A stretch of DNA of 64,000 nt. Origin: Candidatus Poribacteria bacterium (GTDB lineage: Bacteria > Poribacteria > WGA-4E > WGA-3G). Positions 49,812 through 60,100 of the stretch are shown one piece after another; the first letter of the stretch is position 1; each line of letters opens with the position of its first letter. The stretch covers positions 9,414 through 73,413 of the forward strand of contig JAJEET010000143.1 of the NCBI GenBank assembly GCA_022820835.1. Direction: 5' to 3'. The position numbers and the translations under genes were made by a program. The notes under the pieces were generated by a model. That model was given only the letters and a program-made list of their open reading frames with translations. It was not told the DNA's origin and did not search any database.

Positions 49812-51377
49812 ATGAACACCAACCTCACCGACATCGAAAATAGGCTCTGGAGTGCTGCCGATGAACTCAGAGCCAATTCACGTCTTAAGGCATCCGAATA
49901 CTCAACACCTGTCCTCGGTCTTATCTTTTTACGATACGCCGATCACAAATTTACACAGGCTGAACAAGAAATCAGCAGCGAAGCCGATCCAAACAGCCGT
50001 AGGCATCCTGACCTGAGAATGGAATGTCAAGCCCGCGGTGTACTTTATCTGACAGAGCATTCACGTTTTCAACACCTACTAAATCTGCCAGAGGGTGAAA
50101 ACATCGGACAAGCCATCACAGACGCTATGAAGGCAATAGAAGCAGAAAATTCACAAATAGAGGGCGTCCTCCCCAAAACTTACAATCGACTGGAAAAGAA
50201 TACACTCCTCGAACTCCTCCGTATCATGGAACAGATCCCTATGGACATTGAAGGAGATGCTTTTGGGAAGGTTTATGAGTACTTCCTCGGCAATTTCGCC
50301 ATGAGCGAGGGGCAACGCGGCGGTGAATTCTTCACGCCAACCTCGCTCGTCAAACTCATCGTCGAGATTATCCAACCCTTCCACGGGCGCATCCTGGATC
50401 CTGCCTGCGGATCCGGTGGAATGTTTGTCCAGAGTGCAGCGTTCATTAGCAACCACAAGAAAAATGGCACCCCCGGAGACATCAGCATTTACGGCGTGGA
50501 ACGCGTCGTTGAAACGATCAGGTTATGTAAGATGAATCTTGCCGTCCATGCGCTTGAAGGCGATATCAAACAGGCAAATAGTTACTATGAGGATCCGCAC
50601 AACTGCCTCAACAGGTTTGATTTCGTCATGGCAAATCCACCTTTTAACGTCGATCGCGTAGACAGAGAACGTATCAAAGATGATCCGCGATTCCCGTTCG
50701 GCATGCCACGCGTAGACAATGCGAATTACCTTTGGATACAACTGTTCTATAGTTCGCTCTCCGAATCTGGGCGTGCAGGTTTTGTCATGGCGAACTCTGC
50801 CGCCGATGCCCGCGCCTCCGAACTCGACATCCGTCGCCAAATTATCGAATCCGGGGCAGTTGATGTCATCGTCAGCATCGCCTCAAATTTCTTTTATACT
50901 GTTACCTTACCCTGTACGCTCTGGTTTTTCGATAAGTCCAAACGGAACAGCGATCGACACGATAAAGTCTTGTTCATTGATGCACGCCATCTCTATCAAC
51001 AAGTGAGCCGCGCACATCGGGAATTCACACCCGGACAACTCGAATTCCTTGCAAACATCGTCAGACTTTATCGCGGAGAAGCACCAGAAAATCAACACGA
51101 CAGCGCAGATTTCCTCGCCTCAAAATTCCCTGATACAGTATACATTGATGTCCCTGGACTTTGTAAGGTCGCTACGATTGCCGAGATTGAGACACAAGGT
51201 TGGAGTCTGAACCCCGGACGCTATGTCGGCGTTGACGAACAGACAACCGATGATTTCGACTTTGTTGAACGATTCACGCAGCTCAACGAGGAGTTAGCAG
51301 TACTAAATGCCAAAGCACACCAACTCGAAGAACGCATCGCCGAAAATGTTGCCAAGATTTTGGAGGATACGGTATAA
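49812..51377 (+). CDS. hsdM: Type I restriction-modification system, methyltransferase subunit HsdM
   Basis: HsdM N-terminal domain and N6-adenine MTase motifs ([15 protein letters not shown]). Confidence 0.9.
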   Translation: MNTNLTDIENRLWSAADELRANSRLKASEYSTPVLGLIFLRYADHKFTQAEQEISSEADPNSRRHPDLRMECQARGVLYLTEHSRFQHLLNLPEGENIGQAITDAMKAIEAENSQIEGVLPKTYNRLEKNTLLELLRIMEQIPMDIEGDAFGKVYEYFLGNFAMSEGQRGGEFFTPTSLVKLIVEIIQPFHGRILDPACGSGGMFVQSAAFISNHKKNGTPGDISIYGVERVVETIRLCKMNLAVHALEGDIKQANSYYEDPHNCLNRFDFVMANPPFNVDRVDRERIKDDPRFPFGMPRVDNANYLWIQLFYSSLSESGRAGFVMANSAADARASELDIRRQIIESGAVDVIVSIASNFFYTVTLPCTLWFFDKSKRNSDRHDKVLFIDARHLYQQVSRAHREFTPGQLEFLANIVRLYRGEAPENQHDSADFLASKFPDTVYIDVPGLCKVATIAEIETQGWSLNPGRYVGVDEQTTDDFDFVERFTQLNEELAVLNAKAHQLEERIAENVAKILEDTV

Positions 51378-51395
51378 TGTTGATGGAGGCAAAAA

Positions 51396-51725
51396 ATGAG
51401 TGAAGAGATTAAAATTGAGGAGAGTTCTGGGAATGTGTTTTTGGATATCGGTTTCTCTGAAGAAGAGGCGGAATATCATCAGTTAAGGGTAGACCTTGCA
51501 TTTGCAATCCACCATCTTCTTGAAGAACAAAAACTAACACCAACAAAAGCAAAAGCCCGCTTTGGACTTGATCCATCTGATGTGTCCCGACTGAAGAAAA
51601 TGGACTTTACAGATTTTACCATAGAGCAGTTGTTAGTAGTTCTGAAGCGGCTGAACCGCAAGGTTGAAATTCATATTAAGCCTTCGGACAAAACAGCCAA
51701 CTACCAGCGAGTTTTTGTTACGTAA
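51396..51725 (+). CDS. HigA-like XRE antitoxin, second copy (orphan, no adjacent higB)
   Basis: First 21 aa identical to the 48097 copy and ~65% identity overall. Preceded by the last ~20 nt of higB only. Confidence 0.65.
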   Translation: MSEEIKIEESSGNVFLDIGFSEEEAEYHQLRVDLAFAIHHLLEEQKLTPTKAKARFGLDPSDVSRLKKMDFTDFTIEQLLVVLKRLNRKVEIHIKPSDKTANYQRVFVT

Positions 51726-51726
51726 G

Positions 51727-51843
51727 CAAACGAGACCCTATACCGCCTCCCGATGCAACCCCGGAGGAAATCGGCGAATTTTGGGACACACATAACCTCA
51801 CCAATTACTGGGACGAAACCTACGAAGGAACCGCAATAGAGTA
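51727..51843 (+). other. Short reading frame or remnant encoding a BrnA-like N-terminal motif (DPIPPPDATPEEIGEFWDTHNLTNYWDETYEGTAIE*) with no start codon
   Basis: Near-identical to the N-terminus of the 52155 gene. In frame with brnT but separated from it by a TAG. Confidence 0.35.
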
Positions 51844-51883
51844 GGCTTGCTATTAGACAATAAACAAGGAACCGGAGCACAAT

Positions 51884-52165
51884 TTGAAAATTCATGAGGT
51901 TATATGGTTATCACAATTCGTTGAGAAAATAGCGAGCAAGCATAATGTGAAAACGACAGAAGTTGAAGAAGTTTTAACTAATCGTCCGTATTTTCGACGT
52001 GTCTCCAAAGGCAATAGAGTTGGTGAAGATGTATACTCAGCTATGGGACAAACAGACGCGGGACGTTATCTCCTCGTTGTTTTCATTCTAAAATCAGATC
52101 GTCGTGCATTGATTATCAGTGCCAGAGATATGAGTAGAAGGGAGCGAAGAAATTATGGAAAATAA
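51884..52165 (+). CDS. brnT: BrnT-family (DUF497) type II toxin ribonuclease
   Basis: W..F.EKIASKHNV ... G.DVYSAMGQT ... RRALIISARDMSRRERRNY matches the BrnT motif pattern. TTG start. Confidence 0.65.
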   Translation: MKIHEVIWLSQFVEKIASKHNVKTTEVEEVLTNRPYFRRVSKGNRVGEDVYSAMGQTDAGRYLLVVFILKSDRRALIISARDMSRRERRNYGK

Positions 52166-53447
52166 AAATAAAAAACGAGATCCAATGCCGCCTCCTGATG
52201 CAACACCAGAGGAAATCGGCGAATTTTGGGACACACATGACCTCGCCGATTATTGGGAGGAAACCGAGGAAGTGGAATTTCAGGTTAACCTAAAATCGGA
52301 ACAAAATCAGGTTCAATCTGACGAAACTAAGCCTAATCCACCTGCAACCACTGAAGATTTAGTTGATGCTGCTCTCAATTTTAGCACTAATCTTCTAACA
52401 ACTCTGGATCTTCCCGCTTCAGCCCTAAAAAATGTCTATAAAGCTCTTGGTCGATTGAGTTCTGCTGCACTTGAGGTGCCCGTTGCATTTCTCGAAGGAA
52501 AAGCGGAAGAGGTTCGCGCCAAATCAGAGGGACGTGTTAAAATTATAGCAAAAGGGACTGATCAAACTATTCAACAAATGGAGGTCCCGTCGGAGTATGC
52601 ACGAATAGCAGTAGACAAATACGTAGGAAAAATAATTGGAGAACAGCTCAATCTTGATAAAATCTCCGCTATTGCTGCAAATGAACTTAAGAACAGCGAA
52701 TCCAGCAATCCAACCAATCCAGACACAAGTGCACCTAATAAAGAACAATCTTCTGATTCAACAAACCAGAAGACAAATGGTAGTGAGGAACAGATAATCA
52801 ACGACGATTGGCTCAATAGCTTTGAAACAGAAGCGCGCTCAAAAAGCACAGAAGATATGCAGCTTCGTTTTGGGCGTATCTTAGCAGGTGAGATTCAAAA
52901 ACCAGGGTCGTATTCAATAAGGGCTGTAAAACTTCTCAGCGAACTTGATCAAAATATCGCGGCTTTGTTTAAAAGATTCTGTGCAGCGTGTGTAGTCGTT
53001 GAAGTTCTTGGAATTCCAAATAGCAAACAAGTATTTGATGCTAGGGTTTTGTCTTTAGGTGGTAGCCTTATATCTAATGCTCTCAGCAAACATGGATTAG
53101 GGCTTGATCAACTTAATATATTAAACGAGTACCGTCTAATTACTTCCGGGGACATTTCTCTGCATGACCACAACTTGGCCTCTCTGTATGACTACAACTT
53201 GTGCATAGAACATGAAGACAATCCAGTGCTTTTGCCATTCCAACACCAAGGAAAACACTGGATTTTATCACCTACACCAGAACGAAATAATAACTCAGAG
53301 CTTAGATTATCGGGAGTTATGCTTTCCCGGGTCGGCCGTGAATTATTCCGCATAGTTGACCAGGATCCTATGCCAGAATATACTGAAGACCTCAAGAAAC
53401 TTTTCGCAGATCAAAAACTACAAATGGTTGAAATCCGCAACCAATGA
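52155..53447 (+). CDS. Protein with a BrnA-like N-terminal antitoxin motif fused to a ~370-aa domain of unknown function (possibly Abi-like)
   Basis: N-terminus DPMPPPDATPEEIGEFWDTHDLADYWEE is the BrnA/COG3514-type motif. The remainder has no RHH or other recognised domain. Overlaps the brnT stop by 11 nt. AT-rich by eye. Confidence 0.5.
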   Translation: MENKNKKRDPMPPPDATPEEIGEFWDTHDLADYWEETEEVEFQVNLKSEQNQVQSDETKPNPPATTEDLVDAALNFSTNLLTTLDLPASALKNVYKALGRLSSAALEVPVAFLEGKAEEVRAKSEGRVKIIAKGTDQTIQQMEVPSEYARIAVDKYVGKIIGEQLNLDKISAIAANELKNSESSNPTNPDTSAPNKEQSSDSTNQKTNGSEEQIINDDWLNSFETEARSKSTEDMQLRFGRILAGEIQKPGSYSIRAVKLLSELDQNIAALFKRFCAACVVVEVLGIPNSKQVFDARVLSLGGSLISNALSKHGLGLDQLNILNEYRLITSGDISLHDHNLASLYDYNLCIEHEDNPVLLPFQHQGKHWILSPTPERNNNSELRLSGVMLSRVGRELFRIVDQDPMPEYTEDLKKLFADQKLQMVEIRNQ

Positions 53448-53454
53448 TTTTTAA

Positions 53455-54717
53455 ATGTCAGAGGATATGTTAAGAGGTCAAAGTATGGTTCAAAAATTGC
53501 CTAAAGATTGGAAAATAAAAACTCTTGGAGAGGTGACAGATATTTTTAAGGGAGGCACCCCTAAACGAAGTGTTGAGAGGTATTTTCAAGGCGATATTGC
53601 ATGGGCAATACCAACTGATATTACTAAATTGAATGATGCATTGTACATAGACGATACCGAAACACATATAACTGAAGAAGCCCTTGGTAAGAGTTCCGCA
53701 AAATTGTTGCCAGCTGGAACTGTCCTTTTGACAAGTCGAGCAACGATTGGAAAGGTAGCAATATCTCGGATTCCTATGGCAACAAATCAGGGTTTTGCCA
53801 ACTTCTTATGCAAAGAAGAAATTGATAACCTTTTTCTCGCTTATTACCTTAAAGCGAAAACGGATTTGTTAATTTCACTTGGCACTGGAACAACATTTCT
53901 AGAGGTTACAAAAGGAAGGCTCCTTGAGGTTGAAATCCCACTACCTCCTCTCGCAACCCAACGCAAAATCGCTGCTATTCTCTCCACCTACGACGACCTC
54001 ATCGAAAACAATACACGCCGCATCAAAATCCTTGAAGACATTGCACAAACCCTCTACCGAGAATGGTTCGTACACTTCCGATTCCCCGGACACGAAAACG
54101 TCCCGATGGTAGAATCACCGTTGGGCCCGATACCACAGGGATGGCAGGTTAAGAGTTTTGGCGAGGTTTCCCTTAACTTTGATCGCCAGCGTAAGCCACT
54201 ATCAGGAAGGGTTAGGGCAAAAATGCAAGGCGAATATCCATATTATGGTGCTGCTAAAGTTTTGGATCATATCAACGATTATTTATTTGATGGCCGGTAT
54301 TTATTAATTGGTGAAGATGGTAGTGTTGTTACTAAGGATGGAAAACCTGTGCTGCAGTTAGTAACTGGAAAGCTCTGGGTAAATAATCATACACATGTTG
54401 TCCAGGGAAAGTCACCAATTTCGACAAATTTCCTTTATTTGTTCATGTCCAATGTAGCCATTTTAGGTTATGTTACCGGTTCCGCACAGCCAAAGATTAA
54501 TCAACAAAACTTGAATAGAATTCCAGTCATTTCACCTCCGCAAAAATTGTTAGAAAAATTTGACCAAATGATTGAATCCAATTTTGAAAACATTACAGCG
54601 TTAAAACTGAAAAACGCCAACCTCCGCCAAACCCGAGACCTTCTCCTCCCCAAACTCATCTCCGGCGAGATTGACGTATCCGAACTTGATATTGACCCTG
54701 ATTCTAAAAGCAATTGA
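53455..54717 (+). CDS. hsdS: Type I restriction-modification system, specificity subunit HsdS
   Basis: Two target-recognition domains separated by the conserved central helix (LPPLATQRKIAAILSTYDDLIENNTRRIKILEDIAQTLYREWF) plus the C-terminal conserved repeat. Start may be the internal Met (53485). Confidence 0.85.
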   Translation: MSEDMLRGQSMVQKLPKDWKIKTLGEVTDIFKGGTPKRSVERYFQGDIAWAIPTDITKLNDALYIDDTETHITEEALGKSSAKLLPAGTVLLTSRATIGKVAISRIPMATNQGFANFLCKEEIDNLFLAYYLKAKTDLLISLGTGTTFLEVTKGRLLEVEIPLPPLATQRKIAAILSTYDDLIENNTRRIKILEDIAQTLYREWFVHFRFPGHENVPMVESPLGPIPQGWQVKSFGEVSLNFDRQRKPLSGRVRAKMQGEYPYYGAAKVLDHINDYLFDGRYLLIGEDGSVVTKDGKPVLQLVTGKLWVNNHTHVVQGKSPISTNFLYLFMSNVAILGYVTGSAQPKINQQNLNRIPVISPPQKLLEKFDQMIESNFENITALKLKNANLRQTRDLLLPKLISGEIDVSELDIDPDSKSN

Positions 54718-54878
54718 CAGATACAACGCGAGGGTGTATAATTACAACAAGGCAATTGAGAGAACACTTGCGTATTCAATATCGACTTTCAGTGCTTTGT
54801 TAGTGATACTGGAAAGGGTTTACATGAGTAAATGGAAAGACTTAACCAGGCACGATATTCAGGAAGGAGAAGAATGAA

Positions 54879-55118
54879 ATGAACGTAACCACTGAATTAA
54901 TAACGGATCAAGAAGCACTATCAAAAGACAAGCAGCTGATCCCACCTGCTGCGACAGAGCAAGCGGAGACTGAACAAAAGGCACTTATGGACTACGCCGA
55001 GGCACAACTTCGGAAGTTATCCGCGTCTCGAGGTTTAAATTGGGATAAGATGACCGATGAGGAACGCATAGATTTTGTTGATGACCTCATCCACGAAGAC
55101 CGCGAGTGCAAACGGTAA
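54879..55118 (+). CDS. Small hypothetical protein (79 aa) overlapping the start of the downstream ATPase
   Basis: ORF only; acidic and helical. No recognisable motif. Confidence 0.3.
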   Translation: MNVTTELITDQEALSKDKQLIPPAATEQAETEQKALMDYAEAQLRKLSASRGLNWDKMTDEERIDFVDDLIHEDRECKR

Positions 55119-56305
55119 AGGTAAAATCCATGTCCGAACAGAAAGCGTTTTTAGAGAAAATTCATATCAAAAACTTCCTAAGTTTACGGAACGTTACGCT
55201 TCCACTAAAACCTCTGACTGTTCTTGTTGGACCTAATGGAAGTGGTAAATCCAATACTTTAAGATCTCTACGTCTTTCTAATGGTATGTTGAATGTTGAA
55301 ACACCTCCCACAAAGACAGATTTTCTCAGAGATCGCCTTTGGGCAGGCGGAACAGACTATATCACCTGCGAACTACACGTTAAGGTGAAGGAAGAATCAG
55401 CACAATATACATTGGTGTTTAAAGCTAACGGTGACAATCTTTCTATTGATGAAGAATTATTGGTTAACACGATTAAGGTTATCTCAATTCAGAATGGAAA
55501 AGGACATGTTTGGGATGAAGATGGCAAAAAAGAAACAAAATACACATCCAATAAACTCGCTTTGAGATCTGCTGGTGATTATGGACATAAACCAGTTACG
55601 ATTGCATTGACAGAGTTTATTCGAGGATGGGAATTTTATGACTTTCAACCAGACAACATGCGAGTTAATTTTGATAGATCTTCTTCTGCTGCAAAAGATA
55701 TTCGAGAATCGCTAAAACTTAATCCTTATGGTGTGAATGTCCCAGACATACTTTGGAATTGGTACGAGGATACCCCCGAGGATTTCCGTTATGTTAGTGA
55801 GGCCCTATCCGCTTCCACGAATATCAACATAGACTACCACAAAATTGATGGAAGATCCCAGCTCTGCCTTCTTGAAGGCTACAAGGATCCACTACCTTTA
55901 ACTGGTGCCTCTGATGGAACACTGCGCCTTCTTGCATATAACACCTTACTCAACCAATCTGAATTACCGCCGCTTATTGCCATTGAAGAACCGGAGCGAA
56001 GTTTACACCCGGGAGCATTAAAAGATATTGCATACATACTTGAAAAACTAGCTGAACGAACACAAGTAATTATCACAACACATAGCTCACAACTCCTTGA
56101 CACCTTCAGTGCTGAGAAGCTATCAAATTCATTGGGTGTTTTACTCTTACGCAACCGCCCTGGGCTCGGCACGGAAGTACTCAACATTGAGGATATCCGC
56201 GATAAGCGTGAAGCACTGGCGGGTTGGATTGCTGATTTCGGAATCGGCAGTGCCGTTTTTGACAGTGGATTGCTACAAGACCTTATGGAGGAGCCGATAT
56301 GCTAA
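55106..56305 (+). CDS. ABC-type AAA ATPase (AAA_21/OLD-N-terminal-like)
   Basis: Walker A GPNGSGKSN, ABC signature and Walker B (LLAYNTL ... LIAIEEPE), H-loop TTHS. No transmembrane or DNA-binding domain recognised. Confidence 0.7.
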   Translation: MQTVKVKSMSEQKAFLEKIHIKNFLSLRNVTLPLKPLTVLVGPNGSGKSNTLRSLRLSNGMLNVETPPTKTDFLRDRLWAGGTDYITCELHVKVKEESAQYTLVFKANGDNLSIDEELLVNTIKVISIQNGKGHVWDEDGKKETKYTSNKLALRSAGDYGHKPVTIALTEFIRGWEFYDFQPDNMRVNFDRSSSAAKDIRESLKLNPYGVNVPDILWNWYEDTPEDFRYVSEALSASTNINIDYHKIDGRSQLCLLEGYKDPLPLTGASDGTLRLLAYNTLLNQSELPPLIAIEEPERSLHPGALKDIAYILEKLAERTQVIITTHSSQLLDTFSAEKLSNSLGVLLLRNRPGLGTEVLNIEDIRDKREALAGWIADFGIGSAVFDSGLLQDLMEEPIC

Positions 56306-56862
56306 GCGTGAGAGTTTGGAATTTGCAATTGGATGGGGACGCTAAAGCAGTCAAATTTTTGGAAAATGAATTTTTGAGATTCAGGCAACTTGGAGATATC
56401 GCTATCCGAACAGCCGGAAGCAGTGCGCTTCGCAAGTGTCATGGAAAAGGCACACTTTTAGAGCGAAGGCTGAGGAAAGCGATCCAGTACTACCTCAACC
56501 AAGACGACTATATTATTTTCATCGTTGACTCTGACCAACAAGGACAATCAGAATCAAAATCACTTGTTGCGCAAATCAGATGTGTCGTTGAAGATGGAGA
56601 TTTTTCTGATAAAATCTTTTTCATGCCGGATATCCAAGAATATGGGGATTCTATACCAACAGAGTGGCAGCGCATCGTTTCGCGCTTCCGTTCTGAAGTT
56701 GAAAGTGAGCGCAAACGGTTTCGGGAGGAGTGGGATAAAACCCTCGCACACTTCCATAACGCCTTTTCCGATATTCCAGAGGAGGAAGTACTACGACATT
56801 TTGAGGAAGCACTGGCAGAGGTGAGGCGTGAACGAGCCAGAGCTGCGGATATTCACAAATAA
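56299..56862 (+). CDS. Small protein with a TOPRIM-like acidic motif (YIIFIVDSDQQG), DUF4276-like partner of the ATPase
   Basis: Overlaps the ATPase stop by 7 nt. hhhhhDxD motif following a predicted beta-strand. 187 aa. Confidence 0.45.
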   Translation: MLSVRVWNLQLDGDAKAVKFLENEFLRFRQLGDIAIRTAGSSALRKCHGKGTLLERRLRKAIQYYLNQDDYIIFIVDSDQQGQSESKSLVAQIRCVVEDGDFSDKIFFMPDIQEYGDSIPTEWQRIVSRFRSEVESERKRFREEWDKTLAHFHNAFSDIPEEEVLRHFEEALAEVRRERARAADIHK

Positions 56863-56884
56863 TATTCAAAAGGAATAAATCGCA

Positions 56885-57199
56885 ATGATTCAAATTTCTG
56901 AACCGATAACACTTGAAAAACTATTACCACTGATACATAAGCTGCCCAAAGCTGAGCGCGAGCAACTGCGTGAATCCCTTGAAGTGGAATCACAGTTGGA
57001 TGCCGCTATTTTACTCTATCAGGAAGATAAAGTGTCCCTTGCCAGAGCCGCTGAGTTAGCAGGTATCCATCGTTTTGAATTTGAAGAGGCTTTGGCAGCC
57101 AGAGGTATCTTAAGAATCGTTGAGGTTGATTCAGCAGAAGCATCAAAAGCACGGATTTCCACTATCAAACGCCTTCACAAATCTAATCCGAACAAATGA
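56885..57199 (+). CDS. UPF0175-family small protein (antitoxin-like), no cognate PIN/DUF3368 partner nearby
   Basis: KVSLARAAELAGIHRFEFEEALAARGI motif. Overlaps the hsdR start. Confidence 0.45.
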   Translation: MIQISEPITLEKLLPLIHKLPKAEREQLRESLEVESQLDAAILLYQEDKVSLARAAELAGIHRFEFEEALAARGILRIVEVDSAEASKARISTIKRLHKSNPNK

Positions 57200-60100
57200 A
57201 TCCATACAGCGAAGACCAACTCATTGAACAACCCGCAATCCATCTACTTAAAGAAATCGGATGGGAAACGCTAAACTGCCACAGCGAATTTGAACAGACA
57301 GAAGAGAGTCCACTCGGTCGGCACACCAAATCCGAAGTCGTCCTAACTGCCCGACTGCAACCCGCGCTAAAACGCTTCAACCCGACTGCAACCGATGCTG
57401 CTATTGCCAAGGCAATTGAGGAACTGACCCACTCCCGCGCAGTTATGAGTCCGATTGAAGCCAATCGCGAGATTTATACCCTCCTGAAAGACGGCGTGAA
57501 GGTCACCCTCAGCGATCCAAACAGCGAAGACGAGACCGTTGAAGTCCTACGAGTGATTGATTGGGAACACCCAGAGCACAACGATTTCTTCGCCGCATCC
57601 CAATTCTGGATTACCGGCGAGATGTATACAAAACGTCCAGATATAGTCTGTTTCGTCAATGGAATTCCGTTAGTCCTGATGGAGTTTAAGCGGATTGATG
57701 TTCATCTCCACGCTGCCTATACCGACAACCTCCGAGACTACAAAGACACTATTCCACACCTGTTTTGGTATAACGCCTTTATTTTACTCTCTAACGGCAC
57801 GGAAAGTAAAGTCGGGAGTCTCACTGCTGAGTGGGAACACTTCGCTGAATGGAAACGCATTCACAGCGAAGACGAAACCCCTCAAACCGCCTTAGAGACA
57901 ATCCTGCACGCACTTTGCACACCCGAAAAATTGCTCGACATCGTTGAAAACTTTATCCTGTTTATGGAGGCACAAGGCGGATTCATCAAAATCCTTGCCA
58001 AGAACCATCAATACCTCGGTGTCAACAATACGATCGAATCCCTGAAACGGATTGAAGATAACCACGGCAAACTCGGTGTCTTTTGGCATACACAGGGCAG
58101 CGGGAAAAGCATCTCAATGCTCTTCTTGGCACAGAAAGTCCATAGAAAAGTACTTGGAAACTGGACGTTTGTTGTTGTAACCGATCGCAAGGAATTGGAT
58201 AACCAAACCTACAAAACCTTCGCCAGTACAAGCGGTGTGCTGACACAGCAGGAAGTGCATGCAGAAGATATAAAACATCTCCGCCGACTTCTCAGTGAAG
58301 ACCATCGTTATATTTTCACACTTATCCACAAGTTCCAGACGCAAGGTAGCGAGCAGCATCCCGTACTCTCAGAGCGGTCAGACATCGTCGTCATGACAGA
58401 TGAAGCACATCGGAGTCAATACGATACACTCGCTTTGAACATGCGTACCGCGCTCCCCAACGCCGCATTCATTGCATTTACGGGTACCCCGCTCATGGCT
58501 GGCGAAGAAAAAACAAAAGCGGTCTTCGGCGATTATGTGAGTGTCTATGACTTCAACCAATCTATTGTGGATCGCGCGACCGTGCCACTCTACTATGAGA
58601 ACCGCGTACCTACGCTACAACTGATAAATGAAGACTTCAATGCAGACATCGAACAGATCCTTGAAGATGCCGAACTGGATGAGGCACAAGAGACGAAGCT
58701 TGAACATGAATTCGCCAGAGAGTATCACCTCATTACACGAGATGACAGGTTAGAAACTATCGCTGAGGATATCGTCTCACACTTTATAGGTAGAGGCTAT
58801 CAGGGAAAAGCCATGGTCATCTCGATCGACAAAGCGACTGCTGTTAAAATGTTCGACAAAGTGCAGAAATATTGGAAGCGTTTAATTGAACAACTGAAAT
58901 CCGAAGCAGCCACGCGACACGGTAGTGAAAAGCACCACTTACAAGAGCGGATCCACTACATGGAAGAAACCGATATGGCGGTCGTCGTTTCCCCGGGACA
59001 AAACGAAATCGACGAACTCAGGCAAAAAGGCGTAGACATCACACAGCACCGCACCCGTATGAACACTGAGGATTTGGACACCCAATTCAAAGACCCCGAT
59101 GACCCCTTCCGAATTGTCTTTGTCTGTGCGATGTGGATTACCGGTTTCGATGTCCCTTCCTGTTCCACGATCTATCTTGATAAACCGCAGCGAAACCACA
59201 CTTTGATGCAGACCATTGCCAGAGCGAATCGCGTCTTCGGTGATAAAAATAACGGTTTAATTGTTGACTACATCGGCGTTTTCCGTGATCTCGAAAAAGC
59301 GTTGGCGATTTATGCTACGGGTGCGGATATAGAAGGAAACCAGAAACCGATCGCGGATAAGTCAGAACTGATTGAAAAACTCCGAGCGACGATCGCCGCA
59401 ACCACCGAGTTCTGCCGAAGTCTCGGTATTGACTTAGATGAAGCCCAAACGGACGAGGCATTCCAAAACATCACTCAAATCAATGATGCGATGGAACGTA
59501 TCTTGGTGAATGATGAAACCAAAAAGCGTTATCTGCAACTCGCAATGAACGTCACCAAACTATACAAAGCGATCCTGCCTGATCCGGATGCCCACGAATT
59601 TACCAGAATCTGTCAACTCATCCATATCATCGCACAGAAAATCAGAAATTTGACACCACCGGCTGACATCTCCGGTGTCATGACAGACGTTGAGACGGTG
59701 CTGGATCGGTCCATCGCACCAGAAGGCTATCGCATTGAGATACCAGCTGAGGGATACGATACGGAACAGATAGATCTAAGTCAGATTGATTTTGAGCAGT
59801 TAAGTGAGCGATTCAATACACAGCACAAACGCGTTGAATCGGAAAGACTCAGAGGCGCGATCAACAGTAAACTCACCGCAATGATCCGTCTTAACAGAAG
59901 TCGTATGGATTATCAGGAGAAATTTGAGGAGATGATCGCAGAATACAATGCGGGTACGATCGGTGTTTCGGATTATTTTCAGAGACTTTTTGATTTCGTT
60001 AATGATCTCCACGAAGAAGACCAACGCGCCAGTACTGAAGACCTCTCCGAAGAAGAACTGGCGGTGTTTGACCTTCTCACACAACGCGAGCCTCACTTAA

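Noticed and set aside
56885-57199. UPF0175 plus PIN (DUF3368) toxin-antitoxin pair
   Set aside because: Only the UPF0175 partner is present. The downstream gene is hsdR with no PIN domain, so a TA call is not supported.
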